Shown one piece after another: positions 1 to 10,777 of a stretch of DNA of 64,000 nt. Under the pieces are notes generated by a model, which did not search any database, was not told where the DNA came from, and saw only the letters and a list, made by a program, of their open reading frames with translations. This stretch comes from Bugula neritina (taxonomy: Eukaryota; Animalia; Bryozoa), in NCBI GenBank assembly GCA_964035545.1, contig OZ037769.1, positions 9,446,129 through 9,510,128 on the forward strand, in the 5' to 3' direction. The translations under genes were made by a program, and so were the position numbers. Each line of letters begins with the position of its first letter. Positions within the stretch are counted from its first letter, which is position 1.

Positions 1-2667
1 TTGGGGGGACACAACTCTTAATTGTAAAGGGAATATCAGGGACCTCTGAAAAGGGTCTATATAGAGCAACTAACAAAATTCTCTTTGCTTTGTTTTATTT
101 TTACCCATTTTAAAAATTGAGCTTCAAATTTCTTTATTTTTTTCTGAAGTGATGATGATGCACAAGCTTTTCTTTTAAATAATTTTTTAATTACTCTCAG
201 TTTTCTGTTATACTGTAGCTTGTATTGTATGAAACAGTTCAATTTCATATTTTTATCTCTGCCCTTCATGTCATCTGACAAATTGCCTTTCTACATTTCT
301 CGATCAATCAATTCACCTGATGCTTTCCTGCCTGCTAACATGCAACCTTTACACATTTAATTTTAGTATAGTGCAAGGCTTATTAGTTTTCTTAAATTTC
401 TATTCATTTATTTCCAATTATTGACAGATGAATCGAGTATTGTAGCCATCTATTTATTTTGTTTTATCATAATGCTTTCATTTAGTTACACTGTATCATC
501 TGTTCATTCAGTACACTGATTCATTTACTGTGCTGTCTTATCTCTTCTTGTGACCAATGTAGAACATTTTTGCAATCTAAGTTTCATATTTTTGTAAAAA
601 ATTTTGCTGTGTTTTTCAACACTTACAATTTTGATTTAATATCAAAGCTTTGGTCGTTCATATATACGAAACGATTTACTTTACTGCTTTATTTAAACGT
701 GTAGTGTTTAGCAGCTTTCCTCAATAATACTGATGGTTGGATTAGACTTTAGAGGATACACAAAAAAATAGTAGAGATAGTTTCTTCAAAACATTAGCTG
801 CAGTTGTCTACTTCAGTGTTATTTTTAGTTATTTATTCCAGCTCAGTGTTTCCTATACCTCATGTTGTTTCTCACTAATGCAATAACATTCTTAGCCATT
901 CTAGTTATTTGCACAGTCTTTTATCTTTCTTGCAACCACATTACTATTACTAATGCTGCCACCAGTACCATCACTGCCACCACCACAGATACTACTAAGT
1001 CATTTGAATAATTTATTGTTTTAGTTTTCATTATTCAGTCTGCACTAATTGATCTTTATAAGAAGAACCATTTTAATGATTGTGTATTTCAATAGGTTGT
1101 ATTGGTAGATTTTATCCTCTTTCAATGGTCAAAATGGGTTGGTGGCTACTGTCCTCAAAGGCTGCAATGATCGATGTTATACTTGCCCTTTTATTCCACC
1201 TTCTGTTAACCTCTGTAACCAAAATCCTAATGCTTCATAATTTTTTCATTTTCTTTGTATTCTACCATGGAGTGACCTGAATTATCTATAATATTCCTTT
1301 CTGTATTCTTATCACCAAAAGCTATCTTGTGTTCCATTTCTTCAATAACTCTCTGAGAGTAGATGTTTAAGTTTCTAATGATTTTTACACCAGTATTTTC
1401 TTGTATTAGTTTTGCTCAGTCATAATATCATTTATCACTATGTGTAAGCCCATGAAGTTGACTCAACTCCCAATATATGATGACAGGAAGTCATAAACTG
1501 AAATAAAACGATTAGCTCATTCTCATCATTGTTAATAAATTGTTGGTAATAAGTTCAACTTTTAGATTAAGCATTAAACAGTCAAAATAGAGATGCGTTA
1601 AAGCTAACAAGTAAATTATGCAGAATTTGAACTGAAACTTAATTTTAGATTATCAGTCTACTATTGAAATTTACCAGTGTTAGTATTTTATTTTTGATTT
1701 ATCTATCATATGTTATCCCATTTGATATTTGCCTGCACTTTAATTACTTATTGGTATTTGATGCAATTTTAGGGCACTCTGTTATTTTGTAATACTTGTT
1801 TAAAATCTTGTCTTGTTATTAACAGATTTCAAAAAGGTTTCCAATAGTGAAAAATTACAAGTTGAGGGGAGACAATTGAACCATCAAACTTTACCAAATG
1901 GCATGTGCATCGAATTCAATTGAACTTGGAACAAGGTGAGTAATGATTACTTTACAAGATCTAACACGATTTCAAATCGTGAGTTACGTTTGCATCAAAA
2001 AATAACTTTAGGTTCATCTACATTTGTTCTTATTTACTCTACATATTCAAATTTTATGAATTGTGGGCCTGTCTCCCAGCCACGAGTTCTTTTATAACGT
2101 ATATCAGATTATTTTCCTGAGCAATTGGCATTTATAAATTGTACTTTAGATAAGCATTATTTTAACAAGCATCTTTCTTTCGTACAGCTGCAGCATTCGG
2201 TTTCCTTTCCACTCGAATACTTTTTTAATATTCTATTTTCAAGTCAGAACAAAAAATATTTACAAAATAATTCATTTTAGTATTAGTTGTAAATGATGTT
2301 TTATTAGTTTGAGGAACATTGAAATAATGTTCACAAAAAGTAAACTTTTCAAAAACTTTCAACTGCTTGTTTACAGTTCTTCATTTATATTTAAGTTTCA
2401 TGGTTTTGAAATTAAATGGCAAACTGTAGTAAGCAAGGGCTTGTTTGTTCAAAAGCTCAATGTCCCATAACCTTTTGATTTTATACATTATAATTTTTTA
2501 CTATTGCAGTACAATGATATTATTTATTAACAATTCCACCAATGTTTTCACTAGTGTGCCGGCAATTACAAACAGCAATGCAGATTAACGCACTATGTAC
2601 TTGTCATGTTTCAATTGAATTATGTGTTATTCAACATATGACATTGTTACTTATACATTTTAGGCTG

Positions 2668-5616
2668 ATGGAGGAGATTGAGTTTTTGACCAATGTGTAT
2701 ACAGCTGATGAAGTGTCCATTCTTTACGATGATGGGTAACTTGACCTAATTTTGCAATAAATGTTATATTCTTTTGGTGGTATATGCTTTCCATGTAAAA
2801 CATTGACATGTTTATTTTTCATAGGGGAAGTACAATTCAAACGGTGGTGATGACAATTCACCCAGCAACAGCTGGCAATGTTGATGAGCAATATGTTTGT
2901 TTGAATCTCCATGTTCAACTTCCTCAGCAGGTATTTATGAACAGTCTTATGATAATCTATTATTCAACTACTAAACTTGGTTATGCATGAGTTCTAGTTA
3001 GTTAGTTGAACATTGAAGTTAGGGTATTCATTCACTATTTGCCAGTATCCTGATGAAAGCCCCACTATTGAAATGAAAAATCCTCGAGGTCTTGCTGAAC
3101 AAGATGTGTCTAGGTAACTATATAAATGTAAAAGTTGTCATCCTGACATTTTTGTAGAAAATTATTGTATGATTTTTTGTTTATAATTTAAAGCCAACAG
3201 GCAGTTTTCAGCCTTGATGCAATTGCTTGTTGAACTAAAATTAAACCATTTTAAAACTTGATCTATGGCTATTTTGATTATTTTTAGGCTCAAAGAGATA
3301 TTAAATGAATACATTTATACAGAAAAAGGAAATCCAATTTTATTGCAACTTTTTGAGGTGATATACTCATTGCTTATTTAACAAGTGTGTTCAGTTAGTG
3401 TTTCTTGGTGACATGTATCTTGTAGATGCTTTGACATAAATTATTGTTAATTTTCCTAAACTTCTCTTTTGTATAATTTAGTTGGCTCGAGATACACTTA
3501 CTAACAGTAATGTGCCACACGGTGACTGCAGCATATGCCTCTCTGACTTCCAAGATCCTAAAAGACAGTTTATTCGAACTCAGTGCTATCACTATTTTCA
3601 TTCTTCTTGTATTAGCAAATACAAAGCACACTGGGAAAAAAGTCAAGTGGCTGAAGTTAGTGAATTGCATCAACACCTAAGTAATAGCGCCACTCAAGAG
3701 CTGCAGGTGAATGCCTGTGACATCTGAACATACTTACAATATCTTTCTTGCTATAATTTGTTTAACGTTTATTCAGCATATATACACTAACAGTGTTACA
3801 GTTCCAGTGTCCAGACTGCCGGAAGCCTATATCTCTACCTAATGGTTTGGCAACAGAAGATGAAAATCATGATAGCCATGATGATCTTACTATTTCTGAT
3901 GACATAAAGTATCAGCAGAGAAAATGGGAAAATATCTTTAAAAAGCAACAAGCTAATGGTGGAATTATCAATTTGGAGCAGGAAAAACAGAAGTATAGAT
4001 TGCCAGCACCAAGACTTTCTCCTCCTTCAACGCCAATCCCTCCTGCCACCTCTCAATTGGATGACCTATCTCAGGTGAATATGCTTAATTATCTATTTGA
4101 AAACTGGTATCTACATACATGTACTATATTGGAAGCCAACATTTCTAAAATAGTCTAGTTTATTTGAAATTACTATAATTTTAGGTGAAATATTTGATAT
4201 ATTTTAAAACTGCTTTTGAAGAAAAAGCAATATTATAGGGGTGGGCTAAGACATTTTAATTTAATCCTTAGAAGATTTGTCTAGCTTTTTGCACAGGGTC
4301 TTGTGTTACCAAATGTGTCACCTTCACCATCTACTTTGCCTTTTTTAAGCTATAATAATAAACATTATGCATTGCACCAAGTTGATGGGCAACGTCTGGT
4401 GATAGTAACAGAAGACCAGTGTTTATAGTCTTGATGTTTCTAATTTACTGTAAACTTGCTATATCAATACCTACAGCATCCAACTCCAAACCTAATGTTT
4501 TAAGTTATTGGACTCCAAACTACATTTAAAGATTCCTAATTTTCAAATATTATTTTTTTCAGGTATAAAGAAAGTTCAAATACTAAGTTTTGTTCCTCAA
4601 ACTTCCATTGCGTTATCCCTTAACACTTCTATGCTTACACTCTCAATTCATGTTCAATTACTTGTTTGGTTTATTCATTTTAATGACTCGGTGACAATTA
4701 AATTGACAGGGTTATGCTACTGCAATACAGCATGGAACAAAGTGAATAAATTCATATTATAGATGTTTTTTCTACATCTAAGTTCACATCTTTGATTTTA
4801 AGAATCTTTTTGATGCCAAATGTTCTAATCTCAAACATTATTGAACTAATATAATTTGGAATTTTTATTTCAGAGTGAAATAACCAAATATAGAGTAAAG
4901 TTGGCCTACAACCTATAAAATTTAATAATGACCATTTTGTCAACTTTGGTCAACAGTTATTCACTTATTTTGAACTGTTTTAAACTCTTGAAAATTATGC
5001 TTATTTCAGATATCTAATTTTAATAGCAGTGATGTTATTAGGACATCAACTGGTAAATATCATTCACCACTCACAGGGTATTTCAAGTATTTCAATATTG
5101 TTGTAGTTAGATTCTAAATATGGTATGGCACAAGATGAATCGAGCCCACTTTGCTCATTTGGCAATATGAATATAAGATCTGAACGTCGCTCTTCAGAAA
5201 GCAAAGAAGTGATTGAACAAAGTGAAGAGAGATCAAGCATTAAGAGCAAACCTTTTAGCTACAGATCCAGACAAAGTCATATTACCAACCGTAGATATTG
5301 CTATCATAATACAAAATCTAAGAATCAACCTAGAGATCATCGTAATATTCCATCTCAAACCACCAAGAAAATAGCAATTAACGAGTCTGGAGGAGAGCCA
5401 AGGAACAAATCTTTCCAACCCATATACACAAGCAGATCAGCAAGGTCTGAAAAAGGCACTGGTACTAAAGGTACTTTGAAACCAGCAAGCATGCCTCGTC
5501 AACCCTTACAACAACCAGAAATCACAAGAAAAGGAAACAGAAATACAAATTATAAATTTCACCGATCACTCAAAAATAAAAATCCTGAAGACTCCGTAGA
5601 ATGCAGTGGAAGCTGA
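2668..5616 (+). CDS. RNF25: E3 ubiquitin ligase RNF25 (AO7)-like, RWD + RING domains, multi-exon
   Basis: GT-AG exons with consistent phases: 2664-2735, 2825-2930, 3046-3113, 3288-3357, 3482-3706, 3802-4074, 5107-5616. The spliced product contains MEEIEFLTNVY...TIHPATAGNVDEQYVCLNLHVQLPQQYPDESPTIEMKNPRGL (RWD), LTNSNVPHGDCSICL...TQCYHYFHSSC...QCPDCRKP (RING) and FKKQQANGGIINLEQEK, all RNF25-typical. The true start may lie in an unidentified upstream exon; the first in-frame ATG is at 2668. Confidence 0.92.
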
Positions 5617-5956
5617 AATGTAACACTTATTAACCTAATGGATCCAGTAACGGCAAACTAGTTAATGTGGGCCATATTACAGAAGTAAAGAGAAATAGTA
5701 AATCCAGAAACAAAATTAGGCCACATTTCTACATTAGAAGACAAATTTAAGTTACTGATGAGTTAGACAGATTTCATACAGTTGCAGGCACATTATTTTT
5801 ATGTATTTATTTTTTCAAGTTTGCACTTTATTACTTCTTTTTGGTGCTGTAATAAAAAGATGTTTACACATTTGTAAGTTTGTTATGCACTTAGAAGATT
5901 GACAATTGACAAATATATTTTAGACAGTATGTATATCTCTATAATGTGAAATCTTT

Positions 5957-7435
5957 TCAAGTGTAACCATCATCTATTAGCACATTCTGTTTACCCCCTG
6001 AGTATGTAAAACAATGATCTATTTTATTGAATATTACAGTTAATCGTCTATCTACGGCAACATAATGCTGTGGAGTCAATATAGGAGCTAAAGGCTCATT
6101 TTTCAAGACATTGAATAGCACTTGTCCCAGAACACCGTTCTTCAGCTTACTTAGTCGATTGTATGTTGCTTCTCGGAGCACACAGCACTGATACAGAGGA
6201 GCTAAAATACTTTCCTCATCAACATAAGGATTGCCGAAGGACTTTCCGTTATCCAGTGCCACTACTATTGAGTCTTTGCTGTATTCAAATGTTTCAATGT
6301 GATGCCGGTCAGCATTTGATATAAGAAAGTCAAATATAGAAATGTCAATCAAGTCCAGCAAACGAGGTGGCATTTCATACGGCCTTGTTCCTTTAACAGT
6401 CTTGCAATGTTCTTGGTCACGCTCCCAAACCGCCGGTTTAGTTTCTCTGTATGTTCTTCGCCATGGATGAGGTAAAGGTTGGCTAAGGGAATATGAATCT
6501 GGCAGCCAAAGAGTTAATGAACCCTCAAGAATGGCATTGTTGCCGCAAACTCCAGTTTTCGGACCACGGCAATAATGGCATTTGCCATAGAAACAAGTAT
6601 TGCCATTCTTGTAATAAAAAGTTTTCAACAAGTTATGGTGTGCAGTAGTTCGAATTTCAGATTCCAAGTCAACTTTTCTTCCTACTACCAATGGCACCTT
6701 GTTGAGCTCAATTATTCTATTCAAATGAAAGGCAGCTATTTCTGCATAATGCCTATCTTTGCCTGCATAAGGTGTACCTACCATTATGAAGTCTCGACTA
6801 TAGACTTTCGGCTTAAAAACGGTCATTTGTGTGGCTTCTAAAGTAATGGATAGCTTGAGTTGAGTTCCCTTCACACCAGCATCAGTGTGTGTTATTTTTC
6901 CATTCTGCATAGCTTTTAAAACGCAACCTAATTTAATATTAGATGAATCAGTTATCTGCCTTGAGGTCATCCACGATTCAACTAGTTGCCACGCTGTAAT
7001 GCCATCTTCAACCTTGCATTGCCAATCAATGGAAAATTTTGCTGTAAGATTAGCTATTAGCAAGTCTGTATTACTTGTGTCAGAATGGTCATGTACCAAA
7101 ACTGCTGAAATCAAAACGTCAATGATTTATTGTGAGCAAACATAATATACAAGTAGCAGTACCATGCAAGTATACTATATTATAATGGTGAAAATACGTA
7201 ATAGATACAGTTCAACCTCAAAAAAATTTCGCTGGTCAGCATGTAAAATCGTTTATAGATGTAAAACCTGATTTTAAAAATAAAATTGTGTATTTGAGTA
7301 AATTGTTGCAGTGTACTTGCCTGGCCTTTCAAGTTTGTATATGTGAGCTGTTAGCAAACAGATAGTGCCAATGACAGCAACCATATAAACTGTATTTTTT
7401 CTCTTTGAAAAGCAGGGGCTCACATTATGCACCAT
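5957..7435 (-). CDS. FAM20B: Glycosaminoglycan xylosylkinase FAM20B-like (Golgi kinase)
   Basis: The large exon 7104-5957 encodes KGTQLKL, VFKPK, YAGKDRHYAEIAAFHL, CFYGKCHYC, HPWRRTY, FDFLISNADRHH, LDNGKSFGNP and ILAPLYQCC. An upstream exon 7435-7321 (MVHNVSPCFSKRKNTVYMVAVIGTICLLTAHIYKLERP) supplies a type II membrane anchor and joins in phase 1. Confidence 0.92.
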
Positions 7436-7530
7436 CCTCTGCCAAACATATAGCAGCTCTACATCATAATTTTCTATATCTTTCAGTTACACCTGTCGAC
7501 AACTACAATAACACAGCAAATAATATGTAT

Positions 7531-7756
7531 TCAAGGCTTACCTGCCAGTCAGTGATTGGTTGATCGCTAAACGCTGAACGCATCGCGAGAATAGACACTT
7601 GTGTTCAGAAATCAGACAGTTCTGCCGTCACAGAGTTCAACGCTTAGCCTAGAAAACTAGTTCACAGTTGAGTTTCAACTGTAGTCTGTCATGGGCATTA
7701 CTCTCTCGCAATGCGTTCAGCGATTATCCAATCACTGACTGGCAAGTAAGCCCTGA
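7531..7756. mobile_element. MITE-like element with ~55-bp imperfect terminal inverted repeats
   Basis: tcaaggcttacctgccagtcagtgattgg...gctgaacgcatcgcgaga is the inverted match of tctcgcaatgcgttcagcgattatccaatcactgactggcaagtaagccctga. No convincing TSD. Confidence 0.65.
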
Positions 7757-8330
7757 TTGGTTAAATGCTTTTACTTATTTCATATGCTACTAGCCAGCAT
7801 TATTATCTGATTTAGTTTTTCGAAAACTATTATTTACTAAATAATTATGTATGCAAATCTTGATAAATTATGAAAATAAATATTTGATAGATAAATTTGG
7901 CTGAATTTTATCAACATATTTGGTTATTCTAATTTGGCTGAATTTTATTAGCATATTTAGGTTTTTATGCTAGTGAATGCTATTGAATAAAGCCAGTAAA
8001 TCTCATTAAATGAAGCTAGTAATTTTGAATAATTGAAGCTAGTATATGAGAAAAAAATAACTAGTAAATCTTATAGAATTATGCTAGTAAATCTCAATAG
8101 ATTTCGCTAAATTTGATTGTTGGTTGCTGTGGATACAGCAGAAACTGAGTTACGGCATTCCTATTGGTTAAAAGTTTACTGAGGGGGCTAGAGACAGTTG
8201 GCGCTCAGCGTTTGTAGTGTGAACAGCAAAAGGTAGGATGAGACGTTGAAAGTATGTGATAGCAGCTCGAAAAACGTGTCCACAGTTCAGTTTCGACTGT
8301 AGTCTGTAGACCTGATTAGACTTACACTTA

Positions 8331-9180
8331 ACATAGGGCCACACTACGAGGATTTTCTGCACGTGGGTCTAAATAATTGAAAATCTGTTGCTGGAACACA
8401 ATGCCTTGGTTGTGGGTGCGGAAATTTATTGGGTAATGATCTTGGCGCTTAACTTTACTGCTCGCCTACAGGTGTTTGTTTTTAAATCTGGATCATCAGC
8501 AAAGCGACTTCACATATTATAAAAGCAGAAAATGCGAACTATATGAAACTGTTTTAATTCAGTTTGCTAAAACTTTAAAACACAAGTCGAAATTCAAAAC
8601 AGTGTGCAAACCAGCCAATTAGATCAAACCCATACGAGCTTTCTGCACTCTTCGATCAGCTTGTTATCCGCATGAAAATTTGCACACAACAGCCCATTTT
8701 TTGGCTAGACGGGTTTCCTGCATGTGGCCCACTCAGGTAATTCGCCTCGTGTGGCCCTACGCTTAGTCTTGCAGTGACTCTTAGCATAGGGCCACACGAA
8801 GCGTTTTACACCTGTTTAGATCTGCCACACACAAAATTGCAAATGTGGAAATTTATTAGCTAATCATCTTGGAGTTTAATTTTACTGCTTGTTTTTACTG
8901 TTTGTTTTTAAACTACGTCATCGGCAAGATATTTTCATCATTATTATTATTACAAAAGCGGAAATGCAAACTATATGAAACTGTTTTAATTCAGTTTGCT
9001 AAAAGCTAAAACGTGAACTAAAATTAATAAAGTGTGCTCGCTAAATGATAATAAGTCAATTAGCTCAAACAGGCATGAGCTTGCCGCACTTTTCGCTCAG
9101 CATGTTAGATGCATGAAAATCCCGCACACGACATCCCATTTTTGGGCTAAATGGGTTTTCTCCTTTGTGGGGCCCTACGC
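8331..9180. mobile_element. Two adjacent diverged copies of a PIF/Harbinger-like MITE (8331-8762 and ~8784-9180)
   Basis: Each copy starts (a/g)catagggccacac and ends gtg(t/g)ggccctacgc, with TTA/TAA flanks. Shared internal blocks include gaaatgc..actatatgaaactgttttaattcagtttgctaaa and gcatgaaaat...gcacac...cccattttt. Confidence 0.7.
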
Positions 9181-9439
9181 TAAGTCTTAGAGCGTTCTAA
9201 GTCTTAGAGTGTTCGGTATTTAGTAAATTACAATTGGCTTTGCAAATAATCTTTACTTAATTTTATATATATATTATAAATTAAAGTACAACTATAACTA
9301 TAAGTTTTGCTATGAGTATGTCTATTATGATTATCATTGATAATAACTAATATTATAACCATATTTAACAATATTTATGGTGTGTTAAATTTTTATACAA
9401 CATGCTGAATAAAATATAAATATCAATGTGAATGTGTAT

Positions 9440-9791
9440 TGTAGTGAGTAGTGCAAGTACAAATACAGGAATCGCCCTCTCCCTATTCTTGGAATACTTA
9501 GACTCTTATGTAGCAACCAATTAGCAGCTCCGGAAGATATGCTTCCGAGTCACGTGACACTTCCCGGGTTAATAAGATTATATCACGTTGTTGTAAGCGG
9601 AGGCTTGTAGTAGTAACATGTGTTAGTAGTTGACTCTTGTATAGGATAATTTGATGTGATGTTTGTTTTATGCTTTATTGTGGATAATAAATATAATTAC
9701 TCGACAGCTACCCTAGTAATTGATAACAGAATAACCAGCTAACTATACGCAAGTAAATAACTCACGCTCAGTAATTGCACAAATTACTACA
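9440..9791 (+). repeat. 5' LTR
   Basis: Direct repeat of 14349-14700; TG...CA ends with inverted TGTAGT/ACTACA; internal AATAAA. Confidence 0.95.
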
Positions 9792-9792
9792 G

Positions 9793-9810
9793 TGGTGGCA
9801 GCGGTGGGAT
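9793..9810 (+). promoter_or_regulatory. Primer-binding site complementary to the 3' end of tRNA-Leu
   Basis: TGGTGGCAGCGGTGGGAT, 1 nt after the 5' LTR, is the reverse complement of ATCCCACCGCTGCCA-CCA, the 3' end of animal tRNA-Leu (AAG/TAG type) as I recall it. Confidence 0.85.
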
Positions 9811-9826
9811 CTTGCGTATAGCAGTC

Positions 9827-10777
9827 ATGGCAGAAGACGGCACGGAGCTACCCATTCCACTGAATGAAGGTGAGAGAGATAATGTTGATATACCTGTGGA
9901 ACCAGTGGTGTTAGATGAAGAAGTGAGAATTCTTAGAGGGCATGGTGAAGATAGATACCGGCTGAAGGCGCCCACCTTCACTGGCGAAGAAGCAGTGGAG
10001 CAGTTTATTCAAGAATTCCAAGATGTGAGGGAGATTGCAGAATGGCCGCCAAGGGTGGCGTTGCTAAAGCTCAGGATGGCGCTGACGGGCAAAGCTAAGC
10101 CGTACGGAGCTGGACCTGACATAGACGGAATCTTTGCTTCCCTGCGGGCCCGTTTTGGCATCTCTCCCATAGATGCGCGGGCCCGTCTACAGAGGATGCG
10201 GCGTGATCCTCACACGTCACTAGAAGAGCACGCTGCCACGGTGTACCCATTAGCGCAGATCGCATTCCGCGATCTGCCTCCGGTACACCGTGAGAGGTAT
10301 ACCTATGATGCCTTCGTGCAGTCCATCAACGACTTGGGGCTCCACCATCAACTCCAAGCGAGGAGAGTCACCACAGTCGAAGATGCACTTGCGGTGGGAG
10401 AAGCCTATCTCTTGGCGACTCATATGCACCGCAACCGCGTGGCCTCCCGCCAGGTGACCACGGAGCACTCTACTGCTCACACCGAAGTAAATGCGGAACC
10501 CTCCGCGGTGGCTAATGTGAACCAGATGTCACTAGTGTCAAAAATCTCACAGATGACTGACATGCTAGATAAGCTGGTCACCACATTAGCCTCCCCAAGC
10601 CAGGTAGATACTGCCCGTGAGCCTTGCGGGCCGCAGGTACAATCACCAGACATGGGGCACCACTTCTGCTGGGAATGCGGAAGGCCAGGACATTTCCAGA
10701 GAAACTGCCCTCAACTCCCACCAGGGTTAAACTACCCCGGCCCGCAGATGTTCCCACCTCCTGCGGGCCGTCTGTAA
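9827..10777 (+). CDS. Retrotransposon Gag with CCHC zinc knuckle
   Basis: Open frame MAEDG...; KAPTFTGEEAVEQFIQEF capsid-like motif; CWECGRPGHFQRNC knuckle. Confidence 0.9.
   Translation: MAEDGTELPIPLNEGERDNVDIPVEPVVLDEEVRILRGHGEDRYRLKAPTFTGEEAVEQFIQEFQDVREIAEWPPRVALLKLRMALTGKAKPYGAGPDIDGIFASLRARFGISPIDARARLQRMRRDPHTSLEEHAATVYPLAQIAFRDLPPVHRERYTYDAFVQSINDLGLHHQLQARRVTTVEDALAVGEAYLLATHMHRNRVASRQVTTEHSTAHTEVNAEPSAVANVNQMSLVSKISQMTDMLDKLVTTLASPSQVDTAREPCGPQVQSPDMGHHFCWECGRPGHFQRNCPQLPPGLNYPGPQMFPPPAGRL

Noticed and set aside
1-1500. Possible highly decayed LINE on the minus strand
   Set aside because: Only Lys-rich compositional hints; I could not read any diagnostic endonuclease or RT motif with confidence.
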